The notes: generated from the letters alone by a model not told the origin. A stretch of DNA of 58,117 nucleotides from a bacterium (GCA_030693325.1 JAUYAV010000005.1:1-58117), one strand, 5' to 3'. Positions 33,610-42,145 are shown, counted from the stretch's first letter. A program made the numbers and translations.

Positions 33610-33644
33610 GGATAAGTACCCCAAACTGTGGATAACTCAAATAT

Positions 33645-34076
33645 ATGTTCATCGGCGAATACCAACATAATTTAGATACTAAAGGAAGATTAGCCGTTCC
33701 CGCGAAATTCCGGGAAAAATTGGCTGGCGGCGCGATAATCACGCGCGGGCTTGACCATTGTTTGTTTGTTTTCGCTTCCAAAGAATGGGAGGTTCTGGCG
33801 CAAAAATTAATTAGTTTGCCATTAGCCCAATCCAATTCGCGGGCTTTTGTTCGTTTAATGCTGGCCGGGGCGATGGAAGCGGATATAGATAAACAAGGAA
33901 GAATTTTAACGCCCGATTATTTAAGAAAATATGCCGGCCTGAAAAAACAAGTAGCAATAGCCGGACTCTATAACCGGATTGAAATTTGGGATTCCGAAAA
34001 ATGGCAGGAGTATAAAACGAAGACCGAAGGAAGTTCAGATGAGATAGCGGAAAAATTATCGGAGCTCGGCATATGA
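33645..34076 (+). CDS. mraZ: Transcriptional regulator MraZ
   Basis: MFIGEYQHNLDTKGRLAVPAKFR and a second SpoVT/AbrB-like repeat (DKQGRILTP). First gene of the dcw cluster. Confidence 0.95.
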   Translation: MFIGEYQHNLDTKGRLAVPAKFREKLAGGAIITRGLDHCLFVFASKEWEVLAQKLISLPLAQSNSRAFVRLMLAGAMEADIDKQGRILTPDYLRKYAGLKKQVAIAGLYNRIEIWDSEKWQEYKTKTEGSSDEIAEKLSELGI

Positions 34077-34099
34077 GCATGAAGCGTGGAACATGAAAC

Positions 34100-35032
34100 A
34101 TGGAACATGAAACAGAAAATAATAATTACCGTTATGCTTCAGGCTCCATGCTTCATGTTTCAGGACATATCCCCGTTCTTTTAAAAGAAACAATAACTGT
34201 CTTAGATCCAAAACCGGGAGAATTTTTTATTGATGGCACGGTTGGCAACGGCGGACACAGTGTCGCAATTCTGGAAAAAATTGAGCCAAAGGGAACATTA
34301 TTGGGCACGGATTTAGATGAAACGACTTTACAGAAAGTGAAAGAAAAAATTACGGTAAATTCAAAATCAATTTTAGTCCAGAGTAATTATGCCGATTTGC
34401 CGGAAATTTTGAAAAGAGAAGATCTGCCTAAAGCCGATGGCTTGCTGTTAGACCTGGGTTTTTCTTCCGAGCAATTGACGACTGGCCGGGGTTTCAGTTT
34501 TTCCGGGCCCGAAGAGCCGCTGTTAATGACTTACGATCCTTATGCCGTTCCGGTAAAAAATTTGCTCAAAAGATTAAACGAGCCCGAATTGGCGGAAATC
34601 ATAAAAAATTTAGGAGAAGAACATTGCGCCAAAAGAATAGCTCATGCCATAAAACAGAATCGCTTTCCGATTGAAACCAATAAACAATTAGCCGAAGCAG
34701 TCGCAGGGGTTCTGCCTAAAAATTACGAAAGGGGAAGAATTCACCCGGCCACGCGAACTTTTCTGGCTTTAAGAGTTTACGCCAATCAGGAACTGGCCAA
34801 TTTGGAAAAGCTTTTAAATTCTTTAAACGAGATATTAAAAATCGGGGGACGGGTAGCTATTATTTCTTTTAACTCTTTGGAAGACCGGATAGTCAAAAAT
34901 TATTTTCGGGAAAAGGCCAAAGAGGGGAAAATGGAAATTTTAACAAAAAAACCGATTACTCCGAGCCTGGAAGAAATAAAACAAAATTCGCGGTCTCGTT
35001 CAGCCAAACTGCGAGCCGCAAAATTACTGTAA
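34100..35032 (+). CDS. rsmH: 16S rRNA (cytosine1402-N4)-methyltransferase
   Basis: HIPVLLKE, DGTVGNGGHS and DLGFSSEQL. The start is uncertain (ATG at 34100 or 34148) because the first about 50 nt overlap a repeat/hairpin region. Confidence 0.92.
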   Translation: MEHETENNNYRYASGSMLHVSGHIPVLLKETITVLDPKPGEFFIDGTVGNGGHSVAILEKIEPKGTLLGTDLDETTLQKVKEKITVNSKSILVQSNYADLPEILKREDLPKADGLLLDLGFSSEQLTTGRGFSFSGPEEPLLMTYDPYAVPVKNLLKRLNEPELAEIIKNLGEEHCAKRIAHAIKQNRFPIETNKQLAEAVAGVLPKNYERGRIHPATRTFLALRVYANQELANLEKLLNSLNEILKIGGRVAIISFNSLEDRIVKNYFREKAKEGKMEILTKKPITPSLEEIKQNSRSRSAKLRAAKLL

Positions 35033-35058
35033 TTGCAGTAATTACGGTAATTACCGTA
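35023..35058. repeat. Four tandem 9-mers (ATTACNGTA register; GTAATTRCN motif)
   Basis: ATTACTGTA ATTGCAGTA ATTACGGTA ATTACCGTA spans the rsmH stop and ends 7 nt before the ftsL ATG. Confidence 0.9.
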
Positions 35059-35065
35059 AAAACAT

Positions 35066-35353
35066 ATGACAATAATCCAGCCGGCTAAAAACAAAAATAA
35101 ATTGAGTCTGATATTACTTTTAATCGTTATTTTTTTTATGGCCGGGTTTTATATTTACGAATACAATCATATGGTTGGGCTTAAATATCAAGTTCAATCT
35201 TTGGAAAAATCATTGGCTGATTATCAAAACCAAAATTCAAACCTTAAAAGTCAATATTATCAGTTGATTGATCCGACTCGTCTGGAGGAATTGGCCAAAG
35301 AAAATGGCTTAATTATGGACCAGCGGCCGCAATATTTAGGGGCCAATTTTTAG
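35066..35353 (+). CDS. ftsL: FtsL-like cell division protein
   Basis: 95 aa with a single TM helix followed by a coiled-coil-like segment. It sits between rsmH and ftsI. The call rests on position, since the sequence is not diagnostic. Confidence 0.65.
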   Translation: MTIIQPAKNKNKLSLILLLIVIFFMAGFYIYEYNHMVGLKYQVQSLEKSLADYQNQNSNLKSQYYQLIDPTRLEELAKENGLIMDQRPQYLGANF

Positions 35354-35369
35354 GCCAATATTTATAATT

Positions 35370-36959
35370 ATGAAATTCCGTTACACTATTCTAGTAATAA
35401 TTTTTGCTTTGGTTTACGGAGGGTTGATTTTCCGGCTTTACAACCTTCAGTTAGAGCAGGGGTCAGGATATTTACAACGGGTTGAAGCCCGAGGGAAAAT
35501 TAGCCAGAATGACTTTGCCCGAGGCGTGATTTCTTTCACCGACCGCTACCAAAATTTAATTCCGGTGGCTGTCAGCAAAGAATTTTCAATAATCTACGCT
35601 GTTCCCAAAGAAATAAGTGAGCCGGAAAAAACCGCTGAAGTTTTGGCGCCGATTGTCGGAATCAGCCAAGCAAAATTATCTTCTCTTTTTTCCAATTCCA
35701 ACTCTCTTTATAAATTATTATTGGAGAAAGCCTCTGACGAACAGGTTCGGGCGATTGGGTCCCTCAATCTCAAAGGGATCTATGTTAAATCTCAAAATTT
35801 TCGTTACTATCCTTCCCAAAATTTAGCGTCTCAGCTTCTCGGGTTTGTCGGTGTCAACGATAAAAATAATCAACCAGTTGGTCTTTATGGTTTAGAAAGT
35901 TTTTATAACGATAAACTTCAAAATAATAAAAATTTACATTTAACCATTGATCGCAATCTTCAGGCCCGAGCGGAAGAAGTTTTGGATAATTTAATAAAAA
36001 AATTTGAAGCGACCGGGGGGACTGTCATTATAGAAAATCCGACAACCGGAGAAATTTTGGCTTTGACCAACAAACCTGATTTTGACCCGAACAATTACAG
36101 CCAAGCCGAGGTCGGTTTATTTTTGAATCCGGCCATTAAAAGTTTATATGAGCCGGGCTCGGTTTTAAAAGTGATTACCATGGCGGCCGGAATTGACAGC
36201 AAAAAGATTACACCGGAGACAACTTATTACGATACCGGGTCTGTGACTTTAAATGGCAGAACTATCAGAAACTGGGACTTTAAAGCTTACGGCAAAATGA
36301 CCATGACCAATGTGATTGAAAATTCCATCAACACCGGCGCGGTTTGGGCGGAAAATAAAATTGGTGATGATTTATTTTATAATTATCTTGTTAAATTCGG
36401 TTTGAATAAGCCGACTGGCGTTGATTTTCCGGAAGAACGAATGGGGAATTTGAGCAATTTGGAAATAAAAAATGCCAGCGCTATTAATTTTGCCACCGCT
36501 TCTTTCGGCCAGGGCATAGCGGTTACGCCGCTGGAATTGATTAACGCTTTTTCGGCAATCGCTAATGGCGGAAATTTAATGAGACCTTATTTTAACGCTG
36601 AATTAAAACCGCAAATCGTAAGACAGGTTATAAGCGCGGAAACCAGCCGCCAGCTGAAAGCGATGATGGTCTCAGCTGTTGACAAAGCCGGGGTAGCGGC
36701 TATTGCTAATTATCGCGTGGCGGGGAAAACCGGTACGGCGCAGGTGCCGGATTTCAAAAATGGCGGTTATACCTCGGATGTTATTAATAGTTATATCGGT
36801 TTCGCGCCGGCTGACAACCCCAGATTTATTATTTTTTTGAAATTAGACAAGCCCAAGGGAGCGCCTCTGGCCGGCCTAACAGTTGTCCCGGCTTTTAAGG
36901 AATTAGCTCAATTCGTTTTGAATTATTACAATATCCCGCCGGATAAACTAAGTAACTAA
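35370..36959 (+). CDS. ftsI: Class B penicillin-binding protein (FtsI/PBP2-type transpeptidase)
   Basis: N-terminal anchor, SxxK (GSVLK), SxN (NSIN) and KTG (GKTGTAQ). Confidence 0.9.
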   Translation: MKFRYTILVIIFALVYGGLIFRLYNLQLEQGSGYLQRVEARGKISQNDFARGVISFTDRYQNLIPVAVSKEFSIIYAVPKEISEPEKTAEVLAPIVGISQAKLSSLFSNSNSLYKLLLEKASDEQVRAIGSLNLKGIYVKSQNFRYYPSQNLASQLLGFVGVNDKNNQPVGLYGLESFYNDKLQNNKNLHLTIDRNLQARAEEVLDNLIKKFEATGGTVIIENPTTGEILALTNKPDFDPNNYSQAEVGLFLNPAIKSLYEPGSVLKVITMAAGIDSKKITPETTYYDTGSVTLNGRTIRNWDFKAYGKMTMTNVIENSINTGAVWAENKIGDDLFYNYLVKFGLNKPTGVDFPEERMGNLSNLEIKNASAINFATASFGQGIAVTPLELINAFSAIANGGNLMRPYFNAELKPQIVRQVISAETSRQLKAMMVSAVDKAGVAAIANYRVAGKTGTAQVPDFKNGGYTSDVINSYIGFAPADNPRFIIFLKLDKPKGAPLAGLTVVPAFKELAQFVLNYYNIPPDKLSN

Positions 36960-36995
36960 GTAATTACCGTAATTACAGTAATTTCTGTAATTACA
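36952..36995. repeat. Second array of tandem GTAATTACN 9-mers
   Basis: GTAACTAA GTAATTACC GTAATTACA GTAATTTCT GTAATTACA spans the ftsI stop and ends 9 nt before the murF ATG. Confidence 0.9.
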
Positions 36996-37004
36996 ATAAA
37001 AATC

Positions 37005-38249
37005 ATGAAAACTATTTCATTAAAAATTTTACGATGGGCTTTGAAAGGATTGGCCAAAAATTTTGTTTCGCGTTATCAGCCCGGCATTGTTGCGGTAACC
37101 GGCAGTGTCGGAAAAACTTCCACTAAAGAAGCGATTAAGGCCGTTCTTTCAAGAGAACGGCGCGTCAGGGCGACCAGCGGCAATTTTAACAACGAAATTG
37201 GAGTGCCGCTGACAATTTTGGGCGACTGGCAAAAAATTGAAAAACCGGCTTTCTGGTTCTGGGCAAGAGTAATATTATCAGCATTAATCCGCATTTTAAA
37301 TCCGCATAAATCAGCGTACCCCGAGATATTGGTTTTGGAATATGCCGCTGATCGGCCGGGCGACATTAAATATCTTTTGGAAATCGTACGGTCGCAGATT
37401 GCGGTGGTGACCGCTATCGGCAATATTCCCGCGCATGTTGAATTTTATTCCGGGCCGGAAGCCTTGGCTCGGGAGAAAAGCAAAATAGTTGAACAATTGC
37501 CGACAGTGGGATTTGCTATTTTAAACGCCGATGACGCTTTAGTACTGGATATGAAAAATCGGACTCGTTCCCAGATAATGACTTTTGGATTTAACGATTT
37601 CGCTCAGATAAAAATTACGGGATTTGAAAATTTTTCCGACAACGGGCCGACCGGCATCGCTTTTAAATTAGAATACGGCGGGAATTTTGTTCCGGTGAAA
37701 ATAAACGGCGCTTTTGGAAAAGGCCAGGCCTATGCCGCAGCGGCCGCTGCTTGCGTTGGATTGATTTTCGGAATGAACTTGGTTAAAATTGCGGAAGCCT
37801 TGGCTGAAAATTTCAAGCCGCCATTGCGAAGAATGAATTTGGTTAAGGGTGTTAAGGGAACTTTTATTATTGATGACAGCTATAACGCTTCGCCCCTTTC
37901 CATGCGGTTAGCCTTGGAAACGCTTAAAGAATTGAAAGCCAAAAGAAAAGTGGCGGTTTTGGGCGATATGCTGGAAATCGGAAAATATAGCCTGGAAGCC
38001 CATGAGGAGATAGGAAAGTTCGCCGCCGGCTTCGTTGATTTGTTGATAACTATCGGCCCCCGAGCTAAATTTATCGCCGAGGCGGCTGCTAAAGCCGGAC
38101 TGGATAAAGAAAATATTTCCAGTTTTCTTATCGCCGAAGAAGCCAAAAAAGAAGTGGAATTGAAAATTAAAAAAGGGGATTTAATTTTAGTGAAGGGTTC
38201 AAGGGCCATAGGATTGGATAAAGTAGTGGAGGAGATAAAACAGGTTTAA
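37005..38249 (+). CDS. murF: UDP-N-acetylmuramoyl-tripeptide--D-alanyl-D-alanine ligase
   Basis: Mur ligase P-loop VTGSVGKTSTKE, DDSYNASP and the C-terminal domain GDMLEIG. Confidence 0.9.
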   Translation: MKTISLKILRWALKGLAKNFVSRYQPGIVAVTGSVGKTSTKEAIKAVLSRERRVRATSGNFNNEIGVPLTILGDWQKIEKPAFWFWARVILSALIRILNPHKSAYPEILVLEYAADRPGDIKYLLEIVRSQIAVVTAIGNIPAHVEFYSGPEALAREKSKIVEQLPTVGFAILNADDALVLDMKNRTRSQIMTFGFNDFAQIKITGFENFSDNGPTGIAFKLEYGGNFVPVKINGAFGKGQAYAAAAAACVGLIFGMNLVKIAEALAENFKPPLRRMNLVKGVKGTFIIDDSYNASPLSMRLALETLKELKAKRKVAVLGDMLEIGKYSLEAHEEIGKFAAGFVDLLITIGPRAKFIAEAAAKAGLDKENISSFLIAEEAKKEVELKIKKGDLILVKGSRAIGLDKVVEEIKQV

Positions 38250-38265
38250 TTTAAGCAAAGCGGCT

Positions 38266-38337
38266 GGCCCCATCGTCTAGTGGTTAGGACGCTAGGTTCT
38301 CATCCTAGTAACACCGGTTCGACTCCGGTTGGGGCTA
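38266..38337 (+). tRNA. tRNA-Glu (anticodon CUC)
   Basis: GGCCCCA TC GTCT AGTGGTTA GGAC G CTAGG TTCTCAT CCTAG TAAC ACCGG TTCGACT CCGGT TGGGGCT A. Confidence 0.9.
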
Positions 38338-38349
38338 CTAAATAAAGTG

Positions 38350-38494
38350 GGGACTTCCGCCATTGCCTTTCAGAACCAGAATAATTTTGCTCCAGTGGCA
38401 AAATTTTCTTTGCCCTCGGCGCTGAAATTCGCCTGCGGCGAAACCAAACTTTCAGCGCCTGCGGGATATTCTTCAAGACAACGGCGGAAGTCCC
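38350..38494 (+). other. 145-nt element closed by a 12-bp perfect stem and holding two internal hairpins (candidate structured RNA or MITE-like element)
   Basis: GGGACTTCCGCC (38350..38361) pairs with GGCGGAAGTCCC (38483..38494). Hairpin A is AATTTTGC/GCAAAATT (38383..38405). Hairpin B is GGCGCTGAAA/TTTCAGCGCC (38418..38459), with nested TTCGCC-TGC-GGCGAA. Confidence 0.5.
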
Positions 38495-38545
38495 GTGGGG
38501 GAAGGGGGTAGAAATAAACTGATTTTGAAGTTAGAATAAATTTAA

Positions 38546-38881
38546 ATGAAAATTTTCAAAAATAGAAATTTTATTATAATTTTCGGGTTAAGTTTGGGAT
38601 TTTTGATTTTAGCGTCAGGAGCGACATTTCTTCGTTTGGCTGAAATCAAGACCCCTTTGATAATCCATTTTGACGCTTTCAAAGGAATTGATTTTTTGGG
38701 CGACCGATTTGACGTCCTTAAAATTTTAATTGTCGCTTTGGTGATTATTTTGATAAATTTGTTCTTGGCTGAATTTATTTTTGACCGCCAACGTTTTTTG
38801 TCGTTTGTTTTCGCTTATGTCGGCCTGGTAACATCGGCTTTGACTTTAATTGCCATAGCGGTTATAATTTCCATAAATTAA
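38546..38881 (+). CDS. Hypothetical membrane protein
   Basis: 111 aa with three hydrophobic helices. No motif recognised. Confidence 0.5.
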   Translation: MKIFKNRNFIIIFGLSLGFLILASGATFLRLAEIKTPLIIHFDAFKGIDFLGDRFDVLKILIVALVIILINLFLAEFIFDRQRFLSFVFAYVGLVTSALTLIAIAVIISIN

Positions 38882-38891
38882 CAATAAATTT

Positions 38892-39251
38892 ATGTTCGCA
38901 GTAATTGAACTCAACGGAAAACAATTTCTAATCAAAGAAGGTGACAAGATCAAAATTCAATCGCCAAAAGTCGGCGAAATTAAAGTTTTATTGCTCGCAG
39001 AACAACGCGGACTAAACGCAGACCAACGCGGAAAAAGTCAGCGTGAGTCCGCGTTAAGTCTGCAAGAGTCAGCGTGGGATGTAAAAATCGGAACTCCGTA
39101 TTTGGACGGCAAAAAAGTGGAAACCAAAATTTTAAAACAGGGGAGAGAAAGAAAGAAAATTGTTTTCCGCTATCAGTCAAAAACCCGCCGCCGGAAGAAA
39201 GCGGGCCACCGCCAGCATTATACGGATTTGGAAATAGTTTCAATAAAATAA
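38892..39251 (+). CDS. rplU: 50S ribosomal protein L21 with an in-frame insertion of about 26 aa
   Basis: MFAVIELNGKQFLIKEGDKIKI... and C-terminal KIVFRYQSKTRRRKKAGHRQHYTDLEI are typical L21. The segment AEQRGLNADQRGKSQRESALSLQESAW has no counterpart in L21 as I know it. Confidence 0.9.
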   Translation: MFAVIELNGKQFLIKEGDKIKIQSPKVGEIKVLLLAEQRGLNADQRGKSQRESALSLQESAWDVKIGTPYLDGKKVETKILKQGRERKKIVFRYQSKTRRRKKAGHRQHYTDLEIVSIK

Positions 39252-39278
39252 GCCCGATAAACATCGGGTCTATTTTTG
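39252..39278 (+). terminator. Rho-independent terminator after rplU
   Basis: CCCGAT-AAAC-ATCGGG followed by TCTATTTTTG. Confidence 0.6.
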
Positions 39279-39290
39279 TGATTTTATCCT

Positions 39291-39881
39291 TTATATTCTT
39301 TTTTCCAGGGCGCTTTTTAAAGTTTCTTCATCGGCAAACTCAATTTCTCCTCCGGTCGGTACGCCTTTTGCCAGATGGCTGATTTTTTGAGCCAGAGGTT
39401 TTAGTTCTTTTTCAATCAAGGAAGCGGTAAAATCGCCGAAGGTTGTAGGACTTAAAGCGATAATAATTTCTTTTACTTGCCCGCCAAATTCTTTTTTGAT
39501 TCTTTCGGCCAAACTTTTAAGCCGCAATTTTTGGCTGGGATCCAATTCGCCGTTTTTGGCCAAGCCGCCCAGAATAAAATATTGGCCGCTGAATTTTCCG
39601 GTTTTTTCCAGCGAAATTAAATCGTTTTCTTTTTCAATGATGGCAATTATATCCTTGCTTCTGTTCTCATCAGAACAGACAGGGCAATTTTCGGTATAAA
39701 TAAAAAAACAACGCTCGCAGGTTTTAAGTTTTTTTAGATTACCAATTGATTTTTCCAGGTTTTCAATTTCGTTTTTTCCGCTGTTCGCCAGATAGAAAGC
39801 CAGACGGGTGGCTAATCGCGGTCCGATTGAAGGAAGCTTGGAAAAAATTTCAATAAAATTTTTAATCGGTTCGGGAAACAT
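39291..39881 (-). CDS. recR: Recombination protein RecR
   Basis: LPSIGPRLATRLAFYL (HhH), a C4 zinc finger CERC...CPVC, and the Toprim segment DIIAIIEKENDLISLEKTGKFSGQYFILGG. Confidence 0.93.
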   Translation of the reverse strand: MFPEPIKNFIEIFSKLPSIGPRLATRLAFYLANSGKNEIENLEKSIGNLKKLKTCERCFFIYTENCPVCSDENRSKDIIAIIEKENDLISLEKTGKFSGQYFILGGLAKNGELDPSQKLRLKSLAERIKKEFGGQVKEIIIALSPTTFGDFTASLIEKELKPLAQKISHLAKGVPTGGEIEFADEETLKSALEKRI

Positions 39882-39899
39882 GCCAAATTTATTAAAATT

Positions 39900-41246
39900 T
39901 TAGAAATTAGAATTTTCTTGATGCGTCTTGTCTATGTTTTTAAAACTGACTCTATCCGGGTCAAACATTAGTTCCACGCTACCCGTCGGCCCATTGCGGT
40001 GTTTGGAGATGATAACCTCCGTTAAATTAAGTTCTTCGGGGCTGGCATCATTTCTTTCCCAATTTTTCCGGCAGAGAAGCATTACTACATCAGCGTCTTG
40101 TTCCAACGAACCCGATTCTCTCAAATCCGAGAGCCGCGGAATTTTTATTTCTCTTTGGTCAACCGCCCTGGAAAGCTGAGAAAGGGCCAATACCGGAGTT
40201 TTCAACTCCCGGGCCAGGGCTTTGAGCCCTCTGGATATTTCAGTAACTTGTTGAACCATATTATCAGAATTGGTTCTGGGTTGGATTAGCTGCAAGTAAT
40301 CAACGATGACCAATCCTAATCCTTGCTCAAGTTGCATTCTTCTTGCCGCCGAACGAATTTGAAGAATGCTGGGCGAGGGCGTGTCGTCAATAAAAATCGG
40401 CGCCTGGGAAAGACGGTCTAATGCTTCCTGAATCATTCCAAACTCCAGTTGGTCGTTTAATTTACCGGTGCGCAACCGCCAGAGAGTTACATTGGCTTCG
40501 GCGGCAATCAGCCGGTCAACAACCTGTTCCCGCGACATTTCTAAAGAAAATATTCCTACCGGTATTTTGTTTTTGACGGCGGCATGCCGGGCGATATCCA
40601 AGGCAAGAGCTGTTTTACCTAAAGAAGGCCGGGCGCCCAGAATAATAAAATCGGAACGTTGAAGGCCCGAAAGATTATCGTCAAGTTTAGTAAAGCCGGT
40701 GGGAACGCCTCTGATGGCCTCTTCGCCGCGGTGCAGTTTTTCAATTCTTTCATAAGCCGCCTGCAGTTCGTCTTTCAGTTTAATGTATTTTTGCGGCAGG
40801 GAATGCTGGGTAATGTTGAAAATTTTTTGCTCAACTTCGTCTAAGAGGTCTTCTACTTCAATATTCTCATAAACTTTTTCGTTGATTTCGGCCGAGGTTT
40901 GGATGAGGTCGCGCAGAACTTTTTTTTCTTTGACAGTTTTGGCGTAATGAGCAATATGCGAAGCCGTCGGCACTTCGTTGATTAAATCAGTGAGATAATT
41001 AACGCCGCCGATTTCTTCCAGCGATTTGTTTTCCTTGAGTTTTGTTGAAACGCTCAGCAGGTCTATCGGCTGGCTGTTGGTAAATAAATCAAGAACAACT
41101 TCGTATATTTTTTGATGAACGGGTTTATAAAAATCATTCGGAAAAAGAAAATCGGCCACTTTGATAATGGCGCCGGAATCAACCATCAGAGCTCCTAAAA
41201 CCGCTCTTTCAGTTTCAATGTCTTGGGGAGGAAGTTTCAAAGCCAT
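39900..41246 (-). CDS. dnaB: Replicative DNA helicase
   Basis: PPQDIETERAVLGALM N-terminus, Walker A GARPSLGKTALAL, Walker B LVIVDYLQLI, and SQLSRAVDQR. Confidence 0.95.
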   Translation of the reverse strand: MALKLPPQDIETERAVLGALMVDSGAIIKVADFLFPNDFYKPVHQKIYEVVLDLFTNSQPIDLLSVSTKLKENKSLEEIGGVNYLTDLINEVPTASHIAHYAKTVKEKKVLRDLIQTSAEINEKVYENIEVEDLLDEVEQKIFNITQHSLPQKYIKLKDELQAAYERIEKLHRGEEAIRGVPTGFTKLDDNLSGLQRSDFIILGARPSLGKTALALDIARHAAVKNKIPVGIFSLEMSREQVVDRLIAAEANVTLWRLRTGKLNDQLEFGMIQEALDRLSQAPIFIDDTPSPSILQIRSAARRMQLEQGLGLVIVDYLQLIQPRTNSDNMVQQVTEISRGLKALARELKTPVLALSQLSRAVDQREIKIPRLSDLRESGSLEQDADVVMLLCRKNWERNDASPEELNLTEVIISKHRNGPTGSVELMFDPDRVSFKNIDKTHQENSNF

Positions 41247-42145
41247 TTTTTTCTTCTAAATATTAATATTAAAATAATAGTCAAAAAAACACTCAGTCCA
41301 AGAATTAAGGTAACCAAAAAGGGTTTATCAGCCACTAAATCATTGATAAAATTTATCTGAAGAAAGGAAACTACAACCATTAAAGGAACCGTAACAAACG
41401 CCAGAACCGTAAAAATTTTCATTGTTTCATTGGTTTTATAATCTAAAAGCTGGGCGTTGGTGGTGTCAAAATCATTCAAAGTTTCTTTGAGCTTATTATA
41501 AGTGTGGACGACTTTCCAGTGGTCTTCCAAAGTGTCGGAAAAATAAATCTTTACTTCCGGTCCCCAAAATTTCACCCCGGCCGTTGCCAGAGATTCCAGG
41601 ATGTTTCTCTGCGACCAAGTGATGATTCCAAAAGTCGTCAAATCCCGTTTGATATAGGAAATCTGTTCCAGTAGTTCTCTTTCTCTCCTCTTGAATATTT
41701 TTTCCCCGACATTATTGACTTTTTCTTCAATATGAGCGAGTTGTCTTAAGGAATATTTATTGATTTGTCCCAACAAATAATAAAGCAAGTCATAGGTGCA
41801 GTTATTCCCTCTTTTAATTTTCTCGTTTTTTAAAAACGAAGCCAATCCGTCCAAGATTTCTAACTCCTGATAATGAACGGTGATAAAGACATCTTTTTTG
41901 ATTAAAATATCAATCTCGGCTTGCTGGGAGCATTTCTCTATTGGATTATATACCGGGAAATGAGTGACAATAAAAAGATAATGGTCATAGGCGTCAACAT
42001 TGGTTCTGGACGAGAGATGCGTCAGCTCGTCAAGAGTAATCGGATGAAAATCAAAATTATTTCTTAAAAAATGGATATCCAAAGGAGTCGGCGAATAAAT
42101 ATCAATCCATTTTAGACCTTCTTTGATTTCCAATATTTCTTTCAT
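41237..42145 (-). CDS. corA: CorA-family divalent cation transporter-like protein with a non-canonical pore motif
   Basis: CorA-like architecture: a cytoplasmic domain followed by two C-terminal TM helices (MKIFTVLAFVTVPLMVVVSFLQINF). The usual YGMNF is replaced by LQINF. Confidence 0.7.
   Translation of the reverse strand: MKEILEIKEGLKWIDIYSPTPLDIHFLRNNFDFHPITLDELTHLSSRTNVDAYDHYLFIVTHFPVYNPIEKCSQQAEIDILIKKDVFITVHYQELEILDGLASFLKNEKIKRGNNCTYDLLYYLLGQINKYSLRQLAHIEEKVNNVGEKIFKRRERELLEQISYIKRDLTTFGIITWSQRNILESLATAGVKFWGPEVKIYFSDTLEDHWKVVHTYNKLKETLNDFDTTNAQLLDYKTNETMKIFTVLAFVTVPLMVVVSFLQINFINDLVADKPFLVTLILGLSVFLTIILILIFRRKKWL

Noticed and set aside
33446-33635. Chromosomal replication origin (oriC) on the basis of four DnaA-box-like 9-mers
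   Set aside because: There is no dnaA or dnaN nearby and no change in gene-strand bias around this point. Three of the boxes overlap the 10-nt-phased heptamers expected for an MraZ operator. I kept it only as an alternative in the finding.
38329-38511. 60-aa ORF downstream of tRNA-Glu
   Set aside because: It begins with a non-ATG (TTG) codon inside the tRNA-Glu 3' end and spans the three-helix element. The stem symmetry explains the open frame better than coding does.
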